Below are positions 29,117 through 38,269 of a stretch of 64,000 nucleotides of DNA, one piece after another. Both the position numbers and the translations under genes were made by a program. This DNA is from Myxococcota bacterium. Lineage in GTDB: Bacteria > Myxococcota_A > UBA9160 > UBA6930. The stretch spans positions 4,352,001 through 4,416,000 of the forward strand of contig OZ245002.1 in NCBI GenBank assembly GCA_965223415.1, given 5' to 3'. The stretch's first letter is position 1, and the number at the start of each line of letters is the position of its first letter. The notes below the pieces were generated by a model, which was given only the letters and a program-made list of their open reading frames with translations, had not been told where the DNA came from and ran no database searches.

Positions 29117-30390
29117 TCCGTGACTTCTCCGCGTTCTCGAATCAAGGCGCGGTGGAGCTCCGGGCGCTTGCGCTCCGCCACGCGGGTGATCAGGTCGAAG
29201 TACTGCTCCAGGACGACGCTCTCGGTCCAGCGTTCCCGCAGGGCCTGGTGGCCGGAGCGTCCCAGCTTCTCGCGCAGGGTCGGGTCTCCCGAGAGGGCCT
29301 GGAGAGCCTCCTCGAGCTGCTGCCCGGTGTCGAACAGGAGGCCGCCGCCGCTCGACTGCACGATCTCGCTGAAGGGCCCGAGCCTGCGCGCGATCACCGG
29401 TGTCTCCTCGCGGAAGGCCTCCAGCAGGATGATCCCGAAGGTCTCGTAGCAAACCGAGGGCACCACCGCCGCGAGGGCGCCCCGGTAGAGCGAGCGCAGC
29501 TGCTCCGGAGAGCGCAGCCCGAGGAAGCGCACCCGTGGATGGCCCTCGGCCTGGGCGCGAAGGGGGGCCTCGTGGTCTCCGGTGCCGACCACCCAGAGCT
29601 CCGGCCCGTCGTCGCTGGCGAAGTTCGGGATCACGTCCTGCAGGCCCTTGATCTTCTCGAGGCGGCCCACGAAAAGGAAGTAGGGCCGGTCGCTCGGGGC
29701 GTCGGTGAGGGCCTCGGGCGTCTCGGCATCCGCGTCGAGGTCCGGCAAGAAGTAGGGGATCACCTCCAGCTCGCGGGAGAAGCCGAAGCGGCGGTGCATG
29801 TCGGCGCTGAAGCGCGAAGGCGAGTAGAAGACGTCGACGTGGCGGGCCTCGTGCTCGAGGAGCCCCGTGTAGCGCCAGAGCTGGGGCGGGCGCCGGTGGT
29901 GGAGGACGCAGCGCAGGCACTCCCGGCCGTCGCACCGCTCGCGGCCGTGGCGCCACAGCACGTGGGTCGGACACACGAGCCAGTGCTCGTGGGCCATGTA
30001 GAGCTTCACCGCGTCGCCGTAGGCGAGCACGCCCGGGCCGCCCACCAACGAGACGTTGTGGAAGAAGATCACGTCGACGCTCGGGTCTTCGAGCTCGCGG
30101 CGGATGCGCGCGCCGTGGACGATGGGCCGGCCGGTCTGCTGAGTGAGCAGGCAGGAGGTGCGGCCGAGCAGCGGCGTTGCGCTCTCGAGCTGCACCCGCC
30201 GCACGCCTTCGGGCTCCGGCGTACCCTCCGGATCCTCGCGGCCCGAGAGCATGCGCCAGGCGTCGGCGTCGTGGATCACCGTCACCTCGTGGCCGCGCCG
30301 CGCGAGGGCGTGGGTGAGGCGCCGGATGAAGATCGCGTCGCCGCCGAAGTGGTACGGCGGGTAGAAGGTCGTGACCATCGCGATCTTCAC
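29113..30390 (-). CDS. GT4 glycosyltransferase with Cys-rich insert
   Basis: TFYPPYHFGG, HEHWLVCP...C...C..C, FVGRLEKIKG, ETFGIILLEA. Confidence 0.9.
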   Translation of the reverse strand: MKIAMVTTFYPPYHFGGDAIFIRRLTHALARRGHEVTVIHDADAWRMLSGREDPEGTPEPEGVRRVQLESATPLLGRTSCLLTQQTGRPIVHGARIRRELEDPSVDVIFFHNVSLVGGPGVLAYGDAVKLYMAHEHWLVCPTHVLWRHGRERCDGRECLRCVLHHRRPPQLWRYTGLLEHEARHVDVFYSPSRFSADMHRRFGFSRELEVIPYFLPDLDADAETPEALTDAPSDRPYFLFVGRLEKIKGLQDVIPNFASDDGPELWVVGTGDHEAPLRAQAEGHPRVRFLGLRSPEQLRSLYRGALAAVVPSVCYETFGIILLEAFREETPVIARRLGPFSEIVQSSGGGLLFDTGQQLEEALQALSGDPTLREKLGRSGHQALRERWTESVVLEQYFDLITRVAERKRPELHRALIRERGEVTE

Positions 30391-31571
30391 GGAGTGGGCA
30401 CTCCGGCGGTGGCCTCGAGGGCCCGCCGCGTCGCCTCGGCCGTGACCTTCCAGGAGAGCGCGTTTGCCCGCTCGAGGGCTGTCTGCGCCAGGGCATCGCG
30501 CCGCTCCGGGTTCCGCCACAGGATCGGCAGGCACGCTTCGAGGGCGCCGTCGGCCATCGGGTCGAAGAAGAGGCCGCCGCCCTGGAGCACCTCCGGCAGC
30601 GGGCTCTCGATCGTCGCGACGCAGGGCGTGCCGCAGGCCGCCGCCTCCACCGCGGGAAGCCCGAAGCCCTCCTCCAGGGAAGGCAGCACCAGGGCGAGGG
30701 CGCCGGCGTAGAGCTGGCGCAGCTCCTCGTCGGGGACGAAGCCGGCCCAGTGCACCCGGTCGGTGAGCCCGCCCAGGGTGATCTCCCGGCGGATCGCCGA
30801 CACGTTGCCGTGGAAGGTGTCGCCCTGGTAGTCGCCCACCAGGACGACGTGCAGATCCTCCGGAAGGGCCACCCGGCCGAGGGCGCGCACCAGCCCGATC
30901 ACGTTCTTGTGGGGGTTGAAGCCGCCCACGTAGAGCAGGTAGGGCGCGTCGACGGGAAGGCCGCGGCCGCCGAGCCAGGCGTGAAGGGGCGCGCGGTCGG
31001 CCGGGACCGAGAACGCGGGGGAGGGCCCCTCCGGAGTCACGTGGATGCGCTCGGCGGCGATTCCCATCTCCTGGGCGATGCGGCCCCGAGCGTATTCGGA
31101 GACCGTGATGATGGTCCGGGCTTGCCAGCGGGCGAGGTGCGACTTCAGGCTCCAGAAGAGCCGCGTCCGCCAGTCCGGGAAGACGACGCGACCGTGACGC
31201 TCCGGGATGGTGTCGTGGATCGCCACCGCCACCGGCAGTCGGGACGGAATCGGGAAATAGCTGAAGACCGACGGGAAGTAGAAGGCGTCGAGCCTCTCCG
31301 CCGCCACGCCGCGGCCCATCCGGAGCATGTCGCCCAGGCCGCGGCTGCCTCGGGCCGAAGCGGCGGCGGCCTGGCTCTCGCGGGTGCCGAGCCGACACAC
31401 CGGCATATCCGGCAGCTCGATGGAGGCCGCGGTCGCCTCGTCGACGAAGAGCCGGTAGTCGTGGGCTCCGTCGGCGGCGAGCGGCGGGAGCAGCTCCCGG
31501 AGGAAACGCCCGTAGCCCCGCCCGGAGGCCAGGCAGGTCCCGTCGATGCCGATGTGCAGTCTCTCACCCAA
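30387..31571 (-). CDS. GT4 glycosyltransferase
   Basis: IGIDG...RGYGRF, IHD.IP, YVGGFNPHKN, EGFGLPAVEAAACG; TTG start uncertain. Confidence 0.88.
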   Translation of the reverse strand: MGERLHIGIDGTCLASGRGYGRFLRELLPPLAADGAHDYRLFVDEATAASIELPDMPVCRLGTRESQAAAASARGSRGLGDMLRMGRGVAAERLDAFYFPSVFSYFPIPSRLPVAVAIHDTIPERHGRVVFPDWRTRLFWSLKSHLARWQARTIITVSEYARGRIAQEMGIAAERIHVTPEGPSPAFSVPADRAPLHAWLGGRGLPVDAPYLLYVGGFNPHKNVIGLVRALGRVALPEDLHVVLVGDYQGDTFHGNVSAIRREITLGGLTDRVHWAGFVPDEELRQLYAGALALVLPSLEEGFGLPAVEAAACGTPCVATIESPLPEVLQGGGLFFDPMADGALEACLPILWRNPERRDALAQTALERANALSWKVTAEATRRALEATAGVPTP

Positions 31572-31832
31572 GCGGTCCGGTCCTCGATGGCTCTCCGGCC
31601 CAAGCCCCGGGGCGGTGAGTGGCTGTCGGCCAGCCTCCGGTGTTGAAGAAAACCCGAAATCCCCCCGGGGTGTCCCGCTCACGGTACACTTCGGAGCCCA
31701 GCAGGCCAACGAAGGGCCGCCCCGAAGGGGCTATGGCCGGTCGTGGGATCGGCCGATGGGTCAAGGGCTTCTTCGGACGACACGCTTTCCGCTGTAGCGA
31801 CGACTCACCCTCGCGCGATCCCAGGAGTCTCC

Positions 31833-33656
31833 GTGTATCACTGCGTCGTCATCGGCGGCGGCCCGGCGGGCCTCACCGCAGCCTACGAGCTGGCCAAGCT
31901 GGGCCGGCACTCGGTCGTGTTCGAGCAGGACGCGCTGGTGGGCGGCATCTCCCGCACGGTGAACTACAAGGGCTACCGCTTCGACATCGGCGGCCATCGT
32001 TTCTTCACCAAGGTCGAGATGGTCGACGACCTCTGGCACGAGATCCTCCACGACGACTTCCTGGTGCGGCCCCGCCTCTCCCGGATCTACTACGACGGCA
32101 AGTTCTTCCACTACCCGCTGAAGCCGATGAACGCGCTGCTCGGCCTCGGGCCGATCGAGGCGGTGCGCATCGGTACGAGCTACCTGGCGGCGATGCTCTT
32201 CCCCTCCAAGGAGGAGCGCACCTTCGACCAGTGGGTGTCGAACCGCTTCGGCAAGCGCCTGTTCGAGATCTTCTTCAAGACCTACACGGAGAAGGTCTGG
32301 GGCATGCCCTGCACCGAGATGAGCGCCGACTTCGCCGCCCAGCGGATCAAGAACCTCGACCTGATCACCGCCGTGCGCAACGCCTTCCTCGGCGAGCGCG
32401 GGAGCGGCGGCGAGGTCGTCACGACCCTGATCGAGCGCTTCCACTACCCCCGCTACGGCCCGGGCCAGATGTGGGAGAGCTGCGTGAAGCGGCTCGCGGA
32501 CAAGGGGGTCGAGACGATCCTGGAGACGCGGGTCGACCGCCTGCGCCACGAGAACGGCCGGATCGTCTCTGCGACCGTCACCGGTCCCGAAGGAACCCGC
32601 GAAGTGGAGGGCGAGCACTTCCTCTCGTCGATGCCCGTGCGCACGCTGCTGAACTGTCTCGATCCCGCGCCGCCGGACCACATCCTCGCGGCGGCCAACT
32701 CGCTCCGCTACCGGGACTTCCTCACCGTCGGCCTGATCGTCGACCAGGAGGAGACCTTCCCGGACAACTGGATCTACATCCACTCGCCGGACGTGAAGCT
32801 CGGGCGCATCCAGAACTTCAAGAACTGGAGCCCGCACATGGTGCCCGACTCGAGCAAGACCTGCCTCGGCCTCGAGTACTTCGTGAACGAGGGCGACGAG
32901 CTCTGGACCTCGAGCGACGAGGACCTGATCGCCCTCGGCGCCCGGGAGTGCGACCAGCTCGGCCTGGCGGCGGCGGACAAGGTGCTGGACGGCACGGTCA
33001 TCCGCATCCCGAAGGCCTACCCGGTCTACGACGACACCTACCAGGACGCCCTGGCCGAGATCCGCGGCTGGCTGGCGAGCCTGCCGAACCTCCAGCTCGT
33101 CGGGCGCAACGGCCAGCATCGCTACAACAACCAGGACCACTCGATGGTCACGGCCATCTACGCCGCGCGGAACATCGCCGCCGGCGCGACGGACTACGAC
33201 GTCTGGGACGTGAACGTCGAGGACGAGTACCACGAAGAGGTGACGGCCGGCGAAAGCGCCGCCGCCAGCGGCGACCGCGCCGTGCCGGGCCGGGTGACCG
33301 AGCACGACGTGATCGAGCTGATTCGCGACGCCTTCGCCCGCTACGACGCGGTGGCCCTGGGCTCCGCCCTGGGCGCCGTGGCCGGCGCCGGCCTCTTCCT
33401 CGCCACGGTGGCCCTGCTGGTGCAGGGCGGCCCGAACGTGGGCGCGAACCTCTCGCTGCTCGGCAACTATCTGCCGGGCTTCGCGGTGAGCTGGCTGGGC
33501 GCCGCCCTCGGCAGCGTCGAGATGGGCGCCGTCGGCTTCGGCTTCGGCTGGCTCCTCGCGAAGCTCATCAACGGCGTGATCGCGCTGGAGGAGCGCAACC
33601 TGATGGCCCAGGTCGAGAGCCGGGCCGTGGATCTCTTCGAGGGGGACGACTCATGA
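31833..33656 (+). CDS. FAD-dependent oxidoreductase (PRK07208-like) with C-terminal membrane domain
   Basis: AGGAG RBS then [59 protein letters not shown]; hydrophobic C-terminal extension. Confidence 0.88.
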   Translation: MYHCVVIGGGPAGLTAAYELAKLGRHSVVFEQDALVGGISRTVNYKGYRFDIGGHRFFTKVEMVDDLWHEILHDDFLVRPRLSRIYYDGKFFHYPLKPMNALLGLGPIEAVRIGTSYLAAMLFPSKEERTFDQWVSNRFGKRLFEIFFKTYTEKVWGMPCTEMSADFAAQRIKNLDLITAVRNAFLGERGSGGEVVTTLIERFHYPRYGPGQMWESCVKRLADKGVETILETRVDRLRHENGRIVSATVTGPEGTREVEGEHFLSSMPVRTLLNCLDPAPPDHILAAANSLRYRDFLTVGLIVDQEETFPDNWIYIHSPDVKLGRIQNFKNWSPHMVPDSSKTCLGLEYFVNEGDELWTSSDEDLIALGARECDQLGLAAADKVLDGTVIRIPKAYPVYDDTYQDALAEIRGWLASLPNLQLVGRNGQHRYNNQDHSMVTAIYAARNIAAGATDYDVWDVNVEDEYHEEVTAGESAAASGDRAVPGRVTEHDVIELIRDAFARYDAVALGSALGAVAGAGLFLATVALLVQGGPNVGANLSLLGNYLPGFAVSWLGAALGSVEMGAVGFGFGWLLAKLINGVIALEERNLMAQVESRAVDLFEGDDS

Positions 33657-33973
33657 ACACCCAGGCACCGGCGATCGACGAGCGCTCGCTGATCCAGAAC
33701 GCGGTGGTCCGCATGCGCGCCCGCATCATGGCGGTGGTGTTCGGCATGGTCGGGGGCGTGGGGCTCTTCGCGGCCACCGCGTGGCTCCTGATCAGAGGCG
33801 GCAAGCAGGTCGGCAAGACCCTGAGCCTGCTCGGCAACTACTTCCCGGGCTACGACGTGACCTGGCCCGGCGCCTTCCTGGGTCTCCTCTACGGAGCCCT
33901 GGCCGGCGCCGCCGTGGGCTGGGCCGTCGCCTGGATCTACAACCGCGTGGCCGAGAGCCGGATTCCGGCCTGA
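33653..33973 (+). CDS. Small two-TM membrane protein
   Basis: ATGA overlap with the upstream stop; [17 protein letters not shown] between two hydrophobic helices. Confidence 0.8.
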   Translation: MNTQAPAIDERSLIQNAVVRMRARIMAVVFGMVGGVGLFAATAWLLIRGGKQVGKTLSLLGNYFPGYDVTWPGAFLGLLYGALAGAAVGWAVAWIYNRVAESRIPA

Positions 33974-33985
33974 CCCGAGGCCCTG

Positions 33986-34708
33986 GTGCGCGCCGCCCTG
34001 ACCTTCCACGGTGTCGACGGCACCGGCTCCGTCCTGTCGGTCTCGCCCCAGGCCCTCGCGGGCCTGGTGGACGCGGTGCGAGACGCCGGCCACGAGATCG
34101 TGGCCCTGGCCGAGCTGATGGAGAAGCCGGAGCGGCCCGACCGGGTGGCCCTGACCTTCGACGACGGCTTCCGCTCGGTCCACGAGGCGGCGCTCCCGGT
34201 GCTGCGGGAGGCCGGTGCACCGGCCACGCTCTTCCTCACCACCGGCGTCCTGGGCGGCGACAACCACTGGCCGGGCCAGCCGGACTGGGCGCCGCGCTTC
34301 CCGATGCTCGACTGGGACCAGGTCGAGGCGCTCCACGCCGCCGGCTGGGCGATCGAGGCCCACACGGCCGGGCACCCGGACCTGCGGGCGTTGTCGGACG
34401 ATGCCCTCGAGAGCGAACTCCGCGCCGCCGACGAAGCCATCGAAGCGAGGCTCGGCCGGCGCCCCGAGGCCTTCGCCTACCCCTACGGATACCACGACGC
34501 CCGGGTCCGGGCGCGGGCCTCCGCCCGCTACCGCTGGTCCTTCACCACCGAGCTGGCGCCGCTGCGAGGCAGCGACGACGCGGCGGCCCTGCCGCGGCTC
34601 GATGCCTTCTACCTGCAGAGCCCCTGGACCCAGGCCCGCTTCGACACCCGGGGCTTCTATCTCTACCTGGCGCTGCGCCGCTTCCTTCGCGGGGTGCGGG
34701 GCTCGTGA
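33986..34708 (+). CDS. Polysaccharide deacetylase (CE4/NodB)
   Basis: LTFDDG, AHTAGHPDL, FAYPYG, LPRLD. Confidence 0.9.
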   Translation: MRAALTFHGVDGTGSVLSVSPQALAGLVDAVRDAGHEIVALAELMEKPERPDRVALTFDDGFRSVHEAALPVLREAGAPATLFLTTGVLGGDNHWPGQPDWAPRFPMLDWDQVEALHAAGWAIEAHTAGHPDLRALSDDALESELRAADEAIEARLGRRPEAFAYPYGYHDARVRARASARYRWSFTTELAPLRGSDDAAALPRLDAFYLQSPWTQARFDTRGFYLYLALRRFLRGVRGS

Positions 34709-35718
34709 CCGCGGTCTCGGCGATCATGCCCGTGTTCGACGGCATGGGCTACCTGCGGGAGAGCCTGCCGCCGCTCCTCGCCCTGGTGGAGGCGGGGAAG
34801 CTCTGCGAAGTGCTGGTGGTGGACGACGGCTCCTTGGACGGCTCCGGCGCCTGGGCCGCCGAGCGCGGTGCCCACGTGCTCGAGACCGGCGGCCGCATGG
34901 GGCCCGGCGCGGCGCGCAACCAGGCCGCGGAAGAGGCGCGGGGCGACGTGCTGCTCTTCGTCGACGCTGACGTGGTGATCCATCCGGACGCCGTCGACCA
35001 CGCCCTCGTCGCATTCGAGCGTCCGGAGGTCGTGGCCGTGTTCGGCAGCTACGACGACGCGCCGCCGGATCCGGCCTTCGCGAGCCAGTACATGAACCTG
35101 CGCCACCACCACGTCCACCATCGGGCGGCGGGGGAGGCCAGCACCTTCTGGGCCGGCTGCGGTGCCGTGCGCAGGGCCGCCTTCCTGGCTTGCGGCGGGT
35201 ACGACGCCGAGCGTTTCGCGCGGCCGAGCGTCGAGGACATCGAGCTGGGCTACCGGCTGCGCCGGGCGGGCGGGCGCATCGAGCTGCTGCCCGCCATGCA
35301 GGGCACCCACCTGAAGAAGTGGACGCCCTGGAGCGTGATCCACACCGACGTGGTGTGTCGCGCGCTGCCCTGGTCGCGCATGCTGATCGCGGAGCCCGAG
35401 GCGGCGCCCGACCTGAACGCCGGTACCGCCGAGCAGGCCAAGGCCGTCCTCGCGGGGTTGTTCGTGCTCTCGCTCCCCGCGGCGCTGCAGGGCGGGCTCT
35501 GGCCCGCTGTGACGGTCGCCCTGTTCGCGGCGGCCATCGTCGTGAACCGCGGGCTCTTCGCCGTCTTCCGCCGTCGCCGCGGCCTGCTCTTCGCCGTGAG
35601 CGCGATGGCCTTCCATCAGCTCTACTACCTCTACAGCGGCGCCGCCTACGTCCTCTGCTGGCTCGAGCACCGGCTTGGCCGGGGCGCGCGCGTCGGTCAC
35701 ACGGGAGAGCCCGGTTGA
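34705..35718 (+). CDS. GT2 glycosyltransferase with C-terminal TM helices
   Basis: VVDDGS, GPGAARN, FVDAD, VEDIELG; GTGA overlap with the upstream stop. Confidence 0.9.
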   Translation: MTAVSAIMPVFDGMGYLRESLPPLLALVEAGKLCEVLVVDDGSLDGSGAWAAERGAHVLETGGRMGPGAARNQAAEEARGDVLLFVDADVVIHPDAVDHALVAFERPEVVAVFGSYDDAPPDPAFASQYMNLRHHHVHHRAAGEASTFWAGCGAVRRAAFLACGGYDAERFARPSVEDIELGYRLRRAGGRIELLPAMQGTHLKKWTPWSVIHTDVVCRALPWSRMLIAEPEAAPDLNAGTAEQAKAVLAGLFVLSLPAALQGGLWPAVTVALFAAAIVVNRGLFAVFRRRRGLLFAVSAMAFHQLYYLYSGAAYVLCWLEHRLGRGARVGHTGEPG

Positions 35719-35749
35719 GCCCCCAGCGCCTGGCCATGGAGACGGTGGG

Positions 35750-37207
35750 TTGAGCGACCCGCAGCACATCGACAGCGGGGACGTCGGCCTGCCGCTCGCC
35801 GTGGACCTGGATGGCACGCTGGTGGCGACGGACACCCTATGGGAGAGCACCCTGGCGCTGCTGCGGGAGCGCCCGCTGCGCGCCCTGGCCCTGCCGCTGT
35901 GGGTGCTGGGCGGGCGCGCGCGCTTCAAGAGCGAGCTCGCGGCCCGGGCCCGTCCCGACGCCGCGGCGCTTCCCTATCGCCAGGAGGTCCTCGCCTACCT
36001 GCGCGAGGCGCGGGAGGAAGGGCGGCCGGTGATCCTCGCGACCGCCAGCCACCAGGAGATCGCGCGCTCGGTGGCGGATCACCTGGGCCTCTTCCACGCC
36101 GTGATGGCGAGCGAGGGGGGCGTCAACCTGAAGGGCCCGCGCAAGGCCGACGCCCTCGCCGCGGCCTTCGGCGAGCAGGGCTTCGAATACATCGGCGACG
36201 CGGCTGCGGACCGGCCCGTCTTCGCACGCGCGGCCGCTGCCTCCTGGGTGGGGCGGGACGAGCGGGAGGCGGAGCGGGCGACCGAGGGGGCTCCGCTCGC
36301 CCGCACCTTCCGGGTGCCCCGGGCCGGCCCGCGCACCTGGCTGCGGGCCCTGCGCGTGCACCAGTGGGTGAAGAACGTCCTGATCTTCGTCCCGCTCCTC
36401 GCCTCCCACCGCTTCACCGAGGTGCCGTTCTGGGGGTTGGCACTGCTGGCCTTCCTCTGCCTCTCCCTGTGCGCGTCGACGGTCTACGTCTTCAACGACC
36501 TGATGGACCTGAACGCGGATCGCCTGCATCCCACCAAGTGCCGGAGGCCCTTCGCGGCGGGAAGGCTCTCCATTCCCCAGGGCCTGGCGGCGGTTCCCCT
36601 GCTGCTCGGGGCCGGGCTCGGGCTCTCCCTCGCGTTCCTGCCCCCGGTGTTCACCGGCTGCCTCGTCGCGTACCTGATCCTGAACGGCATCTACACCTTC
36701 GGTCTCAAGAAGGTCGCCATCGCCGACGTGATCTTCCTGGCGTGTCTCTACAGCCTGCGCGTGCTGGCCGGCGGGCTGGCCCTGGACATTCCGGTGTCGC
36801 CCTGGCTGATCGGCTTCTCGCTCTTCTTCTTCCTGAACCTGGCCTTCCTGAAGCGCTACGCGGATCTGCGGCTGGTCGAGAACGAGGCGGGGAGCAGCTC
36901 GCCCGGGCGCGACTACGCCGTGGCCGACGCGCCACTGCTCCTCTCCCTCGGGCCGGCGGCGGGTTACATGGGCGCCGTGGTGCTCGCCCTGTACGTGCAG
37001 AGCGACAAGGTGGCCACCCTCTACTCCCGGCCCGAGGTGCTGTGGGCGCTGATCCCGCTGGTCGCCTACTGGATCAGCCGGGTCTGGCTGCTCGCCCACC
37101 GCGGCCAGATGGACGACGACCCGGTGCTCTTCGCCACCCGGGACCCGCTGTCCTACGCGGTGCTGGCCCTCGGCGTGGGCATCCTCGGGGTGGGCGCGAT
37201 TCTGTAG
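35750..37207 (+). CDS. HAD-like domain + UbiA-family polyprenyl-phosphate phosphoribosyltransferase-like protein
   Basis: VDLDGTL (HAD), LATAS, YIGD; RVHQWVKN, YVFNDLMD...DRLHPTK.RRPFAAG, KRY, DDPVLFA. Confidence 0.88.
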   Translation: MSDPQHIDSGDVGLPLAVDLDGTLVATDTLWESTLALLRERPLRALALPLWVLGGRARFKSELAARARPDAAALPYRQEVLAYLREAREEGRPVILATASHQEIARSVADHLGLFHAVMASEGGVNLKGPRKADALAAAFGEQGFEYIGDAAADRPVFARAAAASWVGRDEREAERATEGAPLARTFRVPRAGPRTWLRALRVHQWVKNVLIFVPLLASHRFTEVPFWGLALLAFLCLSLCASTVYVFNDLMDLNADRLHPTKCRRPFAAGRLSIPQGLAAVPLLLGAGLGLSLAFLPPVFTGCLVAYLILNGIYTFGLKKVAIADVIFLACLYSLRVLAGGLALDIPVSPWLIGFSLFFFLNLAFLKRYADLRLVENEAGSSSPGRDYAVADAPLLLSLGPAAGYMGAVVLALYVQSDKVATLYSRPEVLWALIPLVAYWISRVWLLAHRGQMDDDPVLFATRDPLSYAVLALGVGILGVGAIL

Positions 37208-37246
37208 TCGTTCCTGTGGGTTGCGGCGTGCCTTGAAGGTGCCGGC

Positions 37247-37615
37247 TCAGCCTTCCTCGGCCCGCACGGCCTCCATCGGGCGGAGCAGCACCGGGAACCA
37301 GTGAGGCACCGTGTGGGGCTCCCGGGGCGGCGCCTTCTCGACGGGAAGGTCGAGAACCCTGCCGTCCCGCTTGTAGGCGGACTTGTGTCCCGGGATCGAG
37401 GCCAGCTCCCCGCGCTCGAGCAGCGCCAGCACCGCGTCGAAGAGCGCGCGGGGCGCGCCGGCCCAGACCACCCGGTTGCCCGGCAGTACGATCTGGGTCT
37501 CCTCCCGGGCGTCGCCGGCGAAGTGCTCGTGGAGGGCGGCGAAGGTCACGTAGTCGTGTGCGCGCACGAAGGCGAGCACCTGCGCCTCGAGATCCGCCGC
37601 GGCCGTCTCGCTCAA
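37247..37615 (-). CDS. Small hypothetical protein
   Basis: 122-aa ORF coupled to the upstream phosphatase; HDYVTFA, NRVVWAG, YKRDG, PHWFPV. Confidence 0.7.
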   Translation of the reverse strand: MSETAAADLEAQVLAFVRAHDYVTFAALHEHFAGDAREETQIVLPGNRVVWAGAPRALFDAVLALLERGELASIPGHKSAYKRDGRVLDLPVEKAPPREPHTVPHWFPVLLRPMEAVRAEEG

Positions 37616-38226
37616 GCCCGCTCGTCCAGGTGGACCGTCTCGTTGAAGTGGACCAGCTCCGCCGGATCCGACATTCGCAGATCGGTGACCGCCGCGTTGT
37701 CCATCGTGCGGCGCCAGGAGCGCGGGTCACGGTCCACCAGCCAGCCGAAGGCCAAGGTGAGGGCGCCGGCATGGCTCACCACCACGCAGCGCTCACCCGG
37801 GTGCTGCGACGCAATCGCGCGCAGGGCGCCAGAGAGCCGCTCGGCCACCTGCCGGGCCGACTCCCCTCCGCCGGGACGCCAATCCGGATCGGCGTGCATG
37901 CGCTCGAAGAGTCGGTGCTCCGTCATCAGCTCGTGGTAGGTGAGGCCTTCCCACTCGCCCAGGTGGTACTCCTGGAGGTCCTCCCGCACGCGGAGCTCGA
38001 GGCCGAGGGCCTCGCCGATCGGCCCGGCGGTGTGCAGCGCGCGGGTGAGCGGGCTCGAGTAGAGGGCCACCGCATCGGCGCGGGTCCGCGCCAGGTGGGC
38101 GGCCACCCGCTCGGCCTGGACATGGCCCTCGTCGCTGAGGGGCGTGTCCGTCGAGCCGTGCCACACGCCGCCGGTGTTGGCCGGCGTCTGGCCGTGGCGA
38201 ACGATGGTGAGGAGAGCGTGGGTCAT
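37612..38226 (-). CDS. Histidine phosphatase family protein
   Basis: VRHGQT, SSPLTRA, EYHLGEWEG, GGES, VVSHAG. Confidence 0.92.
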   Translation of the reverse strand: MTHALLTIVRHGQTPANTGGVWHGSTDTPLSDEGHVQAERVAAHLARTRADAVALYSSPLTRALHTAGPIGEALGLELRVREDLQEYHLGEWEGLTYHELMTEHRLFERMHADPDWRPGGGESARQVAERLSGALRAIASQHPGERCVVVSHAGALTLAFGWLVDRDPRSWRRTMDNAAVTDLRMSDPAELVHFNETVHLDERA

Positions 38227-38269
38227 GGGCGGAGGGGGGAACGCGGCGCGTGGATCATGGCGGGGGACC

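Noticed and set aside
31572..31832. Hairpins in the divergent spacer of the glycan cluster as a riboswitch or ops/JUMPstart element
   Set aside because: Only short GC stems; no cobalamin-riboswitch or ops consensus recognised
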